Positions 38,299 to 64,000 of a stretch of DNA of 64,000 nt are shown in pieces (the stretch's first letter is position 1; each line of letters opens with the position of its first letter). The translations under genes were made by a program, and so were the position numbers. Under the pieces are notes generated by a model. The model worked only from the letters and a program-made list of their open reading frames with translations, did no database searches and had not been told where the DNA came from. The stretch comes from Amoebidium appalachense (taxonomy: Eukaryota; Protista; Ichthyosporea): positions 2,279,979-2,343,978 of the forward strand of contig CAVNZM010000007.1 in NCBI GenBank assembly GCA_963693365.1, written 5' to 3'.

Positions 38299-39885
38299 TT
38301 TTGTTATTTTGTGTGGGTAAACGGAGAAGCAGAGAGCACAGATGGGTGTTATGTAAAACACAACACAAAGACACACGGGAAAAACACAACCGGAGAGGAG
38401 GAACGATTTCTGGAACCATAGGAAGTGAATACGACTGCTTATGATTTATTTCAAGATGAGGTCCCTTTTATACTTGGGAATGTGAAACGATAAACCAATC
38501 AAAAGAATGAAAACTATGAGTGTAAAATATATCGAATAAAATGTCTGTCGACATTTAGAATATAAAACTCAATCCTCTAATGAAAGAAACTTCTAATAAA
38601 AGCACGGAAACATTTAATAAAATGAAACCACTTATGTAACTATTAATTCATAACATATATTTATACATGTTCTTATCATAACACGTCTAAATATAATTAT
38701 TCCTAATAGTTGAAGAACATAGCACAATGCTACGTCGTGGGAAAGGAATGAGAAAGGAATGTAAGTTACTATATTTGGGAAAATACAAACGAGATATGAT
38801 TGGATGACATATATAGATTTTGACGCAAACGACAATACGTGTGCGCGAGCTAAGTATGTCGATACGTACACAGATCTAAGATGTCGTGTACACGGAAACG
38901 GAAAAGAAAGAAAGAAATGAAGAAAGGAAAAGGAAACAAACTACAACAACTAATAAATAAATACCAAACTCAACTTCTAAGTCTTGCTGAGAATTAAGTG
39001 AAGATGACACCTTTACTGGAGTACTGTGAGCAACCCCCCAAAAATGCATCCCCCCCACCTCCCCCCCCCCAAAAAAAAAACTCCTGTCCTACACATCCTA
39101 ATTAACTTCTCGCAAACCTGTATCGTCCCTCCTTTCTCTTCCCCCCCCCCCCCCCCCCGGGGAACACACATACACAGGCTAGCTCGTGCTACACTATGCT
39201 ACCATCCTATACCTGCCATGCTCTCGACATCCCCCCCCCCCCCCCCCCCTCCCCTTTTTTCAATCCATGTGGCCACTCAACAACCCGGACAGAATAAAAC
39301 GACCAATTCCCCTCCCAATCGCTAAACACGTTACTGACAAAACCAAAAGACCTCCACGATTTAACATAAAGATGGGTGGTATGTGTGCGCGAGTGCGTGG
39401 AGGGGGGGGGGGGAAGGGACAATGAGTGGTACTTGGTTGGTGGTGGAGGAAAAGGGGGGTGGGGCGGAGGGGTAGGATATTGTCAAGGCAGCAACGCGTT
39501 AGCAAGGATGCAGAAAACGTGAAGGGCAACCAAATATGTACCACAACCAACAACCAGAGCAACGAATGAAAGACCAGAGAAAAAGGGGAGACCACTTGAC
39601 ACCAACAGGGCCATCCACGGGGGGAGAAGGGGGGGGGGGGGGGGGGGTTTGAAAGCGTTACACACATTCACAACGGACAACGAATAGTAGAGTGCAAACC
39701 ACACACACGCGTGCGCACAAACACACACACACACACACACACAGAGAGAGGGGAGAGAGTGACAGGAGGAGAATGGTGGTGGTGGTGGTGGGGGGGGGGG
39801 GGGGGGGGGGGGGGAGGGGGGGAGGCAAGCAAGCAAACAAGCAAGCCTAGAAGACCAAGATGAAATACCACTGGTGATGGTGGTT

Positions 39886-39924
<39 letters not shown>

Positions 39925-41268
39925 GAGAGTGAGAGTGAGAGAAAGGTAGGGGGGGGGGGGGGGGGGGGTGGCGGAGAGAGAGAGAGAGTGAGTGTGTGAG
40001 CGAGGCGCGCACACCAAATACACACACACACACACACACAGCGAGAGAGGGAGAAAGGGGGAAAGACAGAGAGAGAGAGAGCGAAACATACAGAGGACAG
40101 AGAGAGCGACAGAGCCTCAAAGAGAACCAAGAAGGACCACTCAAGGAAACACGGGGGGAGGGGGAGAAAGGATAGTTTAGACGAACAAGCAGATGAAAGA
40201 GTGTATTACTCTTTCAAGTCTCGTACAAGAAGACATGGTCAGGCCCCATCTTCAAACCCTTGTACATGTACCACAACGTTGAACACAGCAAAGAAAGGGA
40301 GAAACCCAACGTGACAGCAGACACAACAGACCAGTTGTGTAAGAGAACACTTGACAAACGGTTTGAGTAAGAGAAATGTGGAAGGGGAAAATAAAAGTAT
40401 CTGTAAAAGACGGTGGAAAAACCAAAGTGCAGAGTAAAGAATAGACAAGGTGAAACGTGGAAGAGGGGACACCAGGGCCTCAAGAGGGTAAGGGGGGAGG
40501 CGAGGGGGGAAGGGGGGCACAGAGAGACGGGACATGTGCACACGTACGTGTTTGTTGCAGTAGACCTTGCCCTCGCTAGCCATGAAATTCTTCAGGTTGA
40601 GTGTGATGCCGCAGCTGGGGTCAGCACACTTGAAGCACAGCTTGTGCCACACAGTGCCGGCAGCGTCCACCTTCTCCGTCTGGTAGACTGCAAAGGGGAG
40701 TGTCAATCATGAGGACAAAAACAAGACGAGCACGACTCAGGTGTGTTGCCAGAGTAGTTCTTTCTTCCTTTCTACCTGTACAGGTCCCTTTTCTCTCAGT
40801 TCCTTCTTGCCTTCCTAACCCCAACAACCTCTCCACCCCCATTTCTGCCCCCCCATCCAAACACACAAGCACCTACCCCTCCGCTCCCTCCCCCCCTTCC
40901 CTCCCGCCCTCCCCCCCTCCCATTCACACATACCAACCAACCACCTAGCCGACCAACTGCTCCCTCCCATACAACAACTCCTGAAGGAAATGTCAAAGCC
41001 ATGGGAGGGGGCAAATTGCGCCAGCTTCACTAGAAAAAGCAGCCAATTCTCCTTCACAGCAAGAAATTGCGCACACAACTTCCTTTACTCCCGCCGTCTT
41101 CTGCAAGGTTCCACAGAAAACGGTGTAACATTTCACCCCAGCACCCAGCAGTCACATGAAGTCCTAAAGCAAACAGTCCCTTTTGGACGCCTCTACAGGG
41201 TGACGACGCAGCGTACACATAGAAGGCTTACCGGTTTTCTCACACTTAGCACACTTGCCGCACGACAT
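37954..41268 (-). CDS. single-LIM actin-associated protein, LimE/EhLimA-like, 130 aa
   Basis: Exons 41268-41232, 40687-40548 and 38169-37954 (GT-AG, 393 nt). LIM domain MSCGKCAKCEKTVYQTEKVDAAGTVWHKLCFKCADPSCGITLNLKNFMASEGKVYCNKH is followed by VPKPKHTQVVDSVTTVTALSAPKKVAEGLGTAQKG, like Dictyostelium LimE ...NALNAPKKVAEGLGNAHRG. Confidence 0.9.
39648..39700 (-). mobile_element. short diverged 3'-end fragment of the poly(C)-associated repeat (LIM-gene intron)
   Basis: Minus strand ggtttgcactctactattcgttgtccgttgtgaatgtg...cgctttcaaa+poly(C) closely matches the 16087-16151 variant. Confidence 0.6.
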
Positions 41269-42528
41269 TTTTCGGGAATAAAATGAAAACGGACGAGAAG
41301 GAAGAAAACTTCGTTTGCTTGAACTGAAAACGCAAAACACCAACTGAGGTGAAAGGTTCAAGGTGCTGATCATATTGGCCACCAACTCTGATCCCCTTAG
41401 AGCTTTAGATGTTTGCATGATTGTTAGCCAATAAAAATGATAAAATTGTGAACGCTGGAACTGTATGACCAGTGTGTGCATCATGGGCGGAATGATGTTC
41501 AACTATCGTGTAAGGTAGGAATACAAGTATAACTTATCACAAAGATATGTGTTTTGATTTTGAAAGTCATTTTAGCTGGTAGAACAGATTTAACATGCCG
41601 AACGGATTTTTTCTATTGTTTTTATGCCACGTGTTATCTTTTGATGTGGGAACACGATGTGACGTTTTGATTTCACACCAAAAATATGTAGCGAATCACG
41701 GAAAGGCTGAGATGTGGACAAACGGACACTTTAACTTCTACGTCTTCGGGTACTAGCCTTTGATTGGAGAGTATAAAGAGGGGTAAATCCTAGAGCACAG
41801 CAACGGCGTCGACATGGTTTTCTGACTTGCTATAATGATCGTAGTTGATATATGTGCATCTCACAAATAATAATATTTGATGGTATCTCATGCATAATGA
41901 TACATTATTGTAGCTGAATATTGCTCAAGAGACAGAATTTGTAGTGTAAGTGAGTAATTTGAAAAGGATCATTCTATTCGAGCTTTTTTAAAGACGTTGC
42001 CTCGCTCAAGGGTCACGACTCACAGTCATGATACATGCAAATATCCGGCGAAATTGTTAGATAACCACACCCAACTTCGAAACCTATTCCCAGGCGGCCA
42101 GGCCTTTCAAAGTGCTACAATACAGCACAATGGCTTATAGGCATATGAGCACAAAAAATATTCATCGTAAAAAATAAGAAATCCTTACTTCATTGCTTCC
42201 AGCAGGCGAAGAAACATTTCTTTATCCAGCTCTCATTGACCGCCTGTCAATGTCCAGGCTCACGAGTCGGGCTCGAAAATCTGGCCTGAATAATAGAACT
42301 TTGATGAGGCTCACTGCGTGGCCCCGTGCCTTCACATCGTCACCCTGTGCAAGTTGGCAACTGGCAGGATCCCGACCCTTCCTCCGGAGCTCCTCTCTTC
42401 TACGTGCTTCTGCGCCTTTTCGGCCCACGTCCTTTCCTGGTTTCCTTCAATGCCTTCTCATAAACGTTTCCTTACAACTGTTTAGAGTTGGGTTTCAACG
42501 GTTTCTCGGTTTATTGGTCACTTAAGCT

Positions 42529-42567
<39 letters not shown>

Positions 42568-43025
42568 TGGCCCTCCAACCTACTGTAAGCCTCAAGACTC
42601 AAGCTTTGACAGAGCCAACATTTATTCTCCTTAACATTGCAGCGAATTTAAACAAGGACTACCCGGAGCAGGAATATACATGACACTCAGGAGCCGCAGT
42701 GGTGCACTCAAAAAAACCTTTCACCTTTTCGAGCTTGTTACTTGGGCCTTTTTCCTGAGCCGCTTGTGTATGGCATTAAACATGCTCACAAAGGCTGAGA
42801 AATACATTAAGCTGCTACGTGCATGCCTATGCTTCACGCGCGTTCCTTCATGACGGCTCCTCGGCAACTGCTGAACTACTGGTGCATGCTCTGAGTTTGG
42901 CCGTGGATGGTTTATTGCCTTTTTGTGCAAGGTTTAGCGGGCCATGGTGTGCTGTGAATCCTCCCCACCCCCCTCCCCCCCCCACCCAACCCCTCTTTCT
43001 TCCCCCCTTCCCTCTCCTCCAGTCT

Positions 43026-43071
<46 letters not shown>

Positions 43072-43375
43072 CCTCCCTCCCTCCCTCCCTCCGTCCCTCC
43101 CTCCCTCTCCCTCCGTTCCCTCCCTCCCTCCCTCCCTCCCTCCCTCTCTCTGCCTGTCTCTGTCCCTCAACTCACTTCTCCCCCCCCCCCCCCCCTCCCT
43201 GCCCCCCTCTATCTGCATCTCTCTCTCCGTATCTCTCTCTCTCTTCCTCTATTTCTCTCTCTCCCCCCCCCCCCCCCCCCCCCCTCTCCTCCCTTCCTCC
43301 CACACTCTCTCACCCTTCCCTCCCCCCCTTCCCTTTCCCGAGTCCCTCTCGTTCTCTCTCTCTCTCCCCGTGATG

Positions 43376-43490
<115 letters not shown>

Positions 43491-44163
43491 CCCCCCCCCC
43501 CTCGGGGCCCCCCTTGTGCGTGTCTCTCTCTGTCTTTTCTCTCTCCGCCTCCCTTCTCCCTCTCCCTCTCCCTCTCCCACTCCTTCCGCCTCCCCCCCCC
43601 TTTCCCTCTGTGCCTCTCTCCCTCACACGCACACACACACACACTCTCTTTGTCTCTCCGTCGCTGTTATAGTGTGTGCGTGTTGAAGTGTAATGTGTTG
43701 TTTTGTGCATGAAGGTTTTCAAGTGCTCTGTGCGTGTTTTTTTTATTAAAAAAAGTGCCACCGTGTACTTGTGGTGTTCATGTGCGCCCCTGCATACGGG
43801 TGCTTCTGTGGACGAGTCCGTGTCTCTGGTGTACGTGTTGTACAGAAGTGATGAGTGAGTGTATTTTTCGTGCAAAACGGTGTAGATCCCGGAAAGGTTT
43901 TCTTATCTTGCTTGGTCCATAAAGGGATCATTCATTCTTCGGGTGTTTTAGTCGTGTCAAAACATGATAAGAAGATGAACAATAGGGCCTTGAGAAAGGG
44001 GCGCGCGGACGTTCGCTCTGGAGGTCTATGTATACTGGGGCTAAAAAAAGAAAAAGTTGAAAAACACCAAGCTGCCTCTGCGCGAGGCTCCTACTATGAG
44101 GGCCTATGTAGGACTTGCCCGCCTGCAGTGTGTTTTGCACACACTCAGGTCAGAAGCAACTCT

Positions 44164-44182
44164 ATTGGCTTATGTTTCCCGC
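44164..44182 (+). promoter_or_regulatory. candidate CCAAT box plus E2F site upstream of MCM2
   Basis: ATTGG at 44164 and TTTCCCGC (TTTSSCGC consensus) at 44175-44182, about 400 bp before the ATG. MCM genes are established E2F targets in animals and plants. Confidence 0.4.
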
Positions 44183-44586
44183 GGATTCCCATATGGACGA
44201 ATAAAAAGTGTTCGCTCCATAATGTGCGGCACACCACCGAATGGCTTATATTATATTGTGATATTTAGAAAATTTTGTTTTTATACATTTATAATCAAAA
44301 CACATGTTGGTCATTTAATATGTATTAAAACTACCGTTAAACATTACATGACTTAACCGCAACTACCGAGTTGCCAGCCGGGGATTTGTTTTCCATCCTG
44401 AAAGCGGCATCCTTCCGGCTTGAACCAAAACACTACCACGCTCACCGGGTCTGCACCGAAAACAACCTCACAAAATCTTGCACAAACAGTGTTTTCTTTC
44501 TTTCTCTGTGAAAGTTTGTTCTTTTTACAGCTGAAATTGAGCTAAAGCAATTAGAGTGAACCATTTTTAGTTTACACAAAGCCAAA

Positions 44587-60123
<15,537 letters not shown>

Positions 60124-61138
60124 TTATCAGCCAATCATCAACAGCGGAATTGAGTGCAAGTGCTACAGGCATGGCGTGATAATGTCAGCATCGGGTAACC
60201 AAACTTAGGATTCTCTTTGCTTCGCACGAGCAAAACTAGTTTTGTTCACGTTAATTGCGAGTCTGCCCCACTAACCAGCTAAGAGTAGAAAACAAAAAGT
60301 AGAACGGTACAGGTACGAGGTCATCAAAGATCTAACGTAGGGGCAAACAATGCTTTTAGTGCAGGCCCTAATATAGTTTGTTTTTTTGGCTTTCGCGCAC
60401 CTACTGTTTTTTGGTTCTCTGTCACCTTTTTTTTTTTAGAGAGAGGGGGAGAGGGGGGGGGAGAGGGAGGGAGGGGGGGGGGGGGGGGGTTCTTTATCTG
60501 ATGCTTGGGTGTGTGGAAGTCGGGGGAGTGGATTCTGTCTTGCGTACATGACTTCAAGTGACATGGAACAACTCAGAACTGAATGATCTGGCATCTTTCT
60601 GTACATACATATTGCATACTTCATAAATGTTTTCTTGCAAGTTTTGTTTGATAGATTATCTCTGGATAGTAAGTCTAGCGGATAACTTTGCACATTCTGC
60701 TAGCGTCTAGAAGACAGTCATCTCGTGTTTATTTGCATTAGTGCCACCCGCAACAGCCCTGGTGGTTGTGTTATCTACCAAATATTCATATCTCTTAGAT
60801 ATCTGATATATTACTGTAATCATTCGTGCAGTGAAACGAGGCCATTATGGACCCGATCAGTGATAGAGAATACACCGCTGTTGTAAGCCTTAACCCTCTC
60901 GGATAAGCAATTAATCAACGGGCATCACGGCAGCCGCCGGTGTGGCTGCCGCAATATACGTTAATTAGGAAAAATGTGAGAGCATGTGCAGCAAAATGAA
61001 ACAAAACATTGTGTGCCCGCAATGTGCCTGACCATGTGCATTGCTCATGGAAATTGCCAACGGTAAGGGGCGACATGCGCATAGTCACACATGCGCACAT
61101 GCGCAACAGCACAGGAATGCATATTCGTGCGCATAAGA

Positions 61139-61169
<31 letters not shown>

Positions 61170-61388
61170 CGTCGAGTGAGGCTGGGCCCCAGACAGTGTC
61201 CACAGCAATAAATAGTGTGTAAACCCCACACACACACACAGACACAGACAGTGTCACACGCATGCGCGTGCAGCCACACACACGTGCCCACACACGTGCA
61301 CATGCATGCACACACACGCAGACACACACACCGGCACACACACACACACACACACAGACACGTACACACACTGCAGTCATACATATGT

Positions 61389-61450
<62 letters not shown>

Positions 61451-62244
61451 GCACTCACACACACACACACATTTGCTGCATTTGATTGATTTCACCCTCC
61501 CCTAGCGAGTCCCCCATGTTAGGGGCTCCTCGCTCTCGACTCCTCTCTCTTTATCTCCCCCCCCCCCCCCCCCCCCCCCCACTCCCCCTCCGCACCTCCC
61601 CGAGCTCCCCCCCCCCCCCCCCCCCCCCCCTCTTTCCCCCTCTCAAACATAACAACAAATCCCTGGCCATGTGGCATGCTTCCCATAGATCGCTCTGATA
61701 CATACACTATGTCATCATCAGTCAGTCCCGCGGCCAGATCTAGCCACGGACCATGTACGGTGGATCTGGACTCTTTCCTTTTTTGTTCATAGGGCCCACG
61801 GTGGTGCTATCACTATGCACTGTAGACCACATGCACATATCGTTTAGACCAGGTCTGGCTACCAAGGCTCTATGACCAAACATTCCATGCCGCAGAGTAT
61901 AATAGCGTTCGTGACATGTGCATCTGGGCACCTCCGAGTCCGAGGCACATGTGCACCTCAGCGTGAGTCGCCATACAGAAATTAACCCTTGCACGAGCTT
62001 GCAACATGGGTCCTCGCCTAGTCAAGTGTGTCCGCAAACTCCGGATTGAATCCCTTGGCACAGACAGAAGTTTTGATTCACTGTGAAATAATTGGGAAAA
62101 AAAAAAATTGAAACACCTTTTTGCATATGGGCCTCGAGCAGACTGCCAGTCTGCAGGGCTGTTAAGGCTCGGCTGACGAGCCGCCAGCCAAGCCGGCTTT
62201 GTGTCCAGCCGAGCCGAGCCGGCATTTGGCTGTCGGCTCGGCTG

Positions 62245-62322
<78 letters not shown>

Positions 62323-62386
62323 GGGGGGGGGGGGAGGGGGGTCAGGGAGAAAATACACGATTTCGGTCAAATTGCTAATCAGAACG

Positions 62387-62630
62387 ACGTGACAGCTAAG
62401 AGATCGAAGTAAAAGTGAAGTCCACAAAAAGAAGAACCGAAAGCCTTTATATACCTGCCACGGTGAAGAATAGGGAAAAAAAGTTCACGTGACAGCTAAG
62501 AGATCCAAGTGAAAGTGAAGTCCCACAAAAAGAAGAAACGAAAGCCTTTATATACCTGCCATGGTGAAGAATCGGAAAAAAAGTTGACGTGACAGCCTGA
62601 GAGATCGAAGTGAAAGTGAAGTCCAAAAAA
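62387..62630. repeat. 100-bp tandem repeat, ~2.4 copies, upstream of the nuclease gene
   Basis: Units begin acgtgacagc at 62387, 62487 and 62587. Confidence 0.9.
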
Positions 62631-62920
62631 AATGGTTTGCACACATACGACCCGCCCCACAATAGGAAGTTTCGGGGGATCTCGTTGGTGCAGCTTTATC
62701 CAATCAAATGACATCTCTCTTTCCGCCAAATATTTTGTGCATCAATCAAATATGTGATGCATTTTTATTGGTTCTTTTCTTTGAGCATTTTTGAAAGCTA
62801 TCACCTATTGGCTGTTTCAGCTGGTCCAACTCTGGCTCTCGCCTCAGATATAAACAGAGTGAGTCGCAAAAGTTTGCAAACTTTGCGCACACCAACAATT
62901 CCAACCAAGCGTTTTCAAAC

Positions 62921-63878
62921 ATGAAGGTCGCATCCGCTGTTATAGCCGCTTTGTGCGCCCAGTCCCCAGCGCTTGCCTGGTGGGATGGTGGCCACGAGCT
63001 TTCAGCGCAGATAGCAAATGCCACCATGAGCACAACACAGTCCCAAAAAAACGTCGCATACCTTATCACACAACTCGACCCCGTACCCACCCTTTACAAG
63101 GCATGTAGCTGGCCCGACGAAATCAAAAAGAAAAATGTGCGCGCGTTTGACAACTTCCACTTCTACAACATGAAGCAGACAAACTGGGCCGGAAACAGCA
63201 TCGATTGCGTGCTTGAGACGCAGGTCAGCGCTCTTTCCACCATCAAAACAGTCTCGAGTAGCATTGCAAAACCCGAAACACCCACTTGGTACCGCACATT
63301 CGGCCTTCGCATGCTTGCACACGTGTTTACCGACCTTCACCAACCGTTCCACGCGGCCTCCCGCTGCCTTGAGGAGCCGCCGTTTTCTGACCAAGGTGGA
63401 AACATAGGTTACACCTACTTGGTAAACGGTGAGAAACGCACCTACAACCTGCACCTTATTTGGGATGGTGCAGCGCATTACGACGGAAAAACTCCGCTCG
63501 ACGTTGTTGCAGAGGCTGCGGAATTGATGAAACAGTACCCACTGGAAACGACGGATTTCAGCGTGGGTGAAGCGAAGGTGCCTGTCGACGTGAAGGGGTC
63601 TATTGCCGAGATAAAGGCCATCAACTTCACCGCAGATTTTAAAACCGTCGAAGACGCCATAGAAAAGGTGGTGATGAAAGTTATTAACGAGAGTTTTTAT
63701 ATGGCTAGTGAGATTAACAATTTTGCTTACAACGTTGATAAGCCTTGGCCTACACCCAATGCGACGCTGCCACCCGACTATCTGGTGTACTCAAAGACAA
63801 ATTCGGAGAAGCGCATGGCGGCCGGAGGCTACCGGCTGGCTGCTTTGCTCGACACTGCGCTTGCTTCAGGCGACTTTG
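62921..63878 (+). CDS. secreted S1/P1-family nuclease (3'-nucleotidase/nuclease-like), first exon; gene continues beyond the window
   Basis: Open frame from ATG 62921 to donor G|gtaagt at 63879. Signal peptide MKVASAVIAALCAQSPALA, then WWDGGH, WPDEIK, HFYN, HVFTDLHQPFH, DQGGN, NLHLIWD and KRMAAGGYRLA, i.e. the Zn-ligand motifs of the family. It is absent from the ORF track because the frame has no stop before the window end. Confidence 0.93.
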
Positions 63879-64000
63879 GTAAGTGGTGTACAAATGCACG
63901 ATGTGTTAATGTTTGCATAAGTGCTACATGCACATTGTACGGTACTGCAAGTGTGATTATAAAAATCTACGATATAGGCACAAAAGTTCCCAACCATAAG

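Noticed and set aside
42183-42955. Possible minus-strand gene between the LIM gene and MCM2
   Set aside because: Coding-like composition, but stops in all frames and no recognisable domain; I cannot support a gene model.

Overview
Gene-dense, intron-rich eukaryotic DNA. It is probably from a unicellular holozoan such as an ichthyosporean; this is an inference from gene content and Cys-repeat style. Introns are packed with poly(C)/poly(G), (CA)n/(GT)n and (CT)n tracts, so most ORFs in the supplied track are microsatellite artefacts. Hand-spliced genes, in order: the last two exons of Rab1; an intronless Ser/Pro-rich coiled-coil protein; a 7-exon, extremely acidic type-I membrane protein; a divergent TBP-family gene with an in-frame TGA at a conserved Cys position; an intronless syntenin-like tandem-PDZ gene; a broken or chimeric trypsin-family locus; tRNA-Asn(GTT); a LimE-like LIM protein; a 24-exon MCM2; and the first exon of an S1/P1 nuclease, which the ORF track misses. 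The most novel signal is a dispersed repeat family with 7 copies. The copies are 5'-truncated, share one 3' end (consensus ...GCATTCAAA) and run into poly(C) instead of poly(A). They sit in C-tracts, and every intronic copy is sense to its host gene. This suggests a poly(C)-targeting or poly(C)-tailed non-LTR retroposon tied to an unusual C-tract intron architecture. Single-base frameshifts at short homopolymers occur even in the essential MCM2, so the assembly probably has indel noise and all pseudogene calls are tentative.
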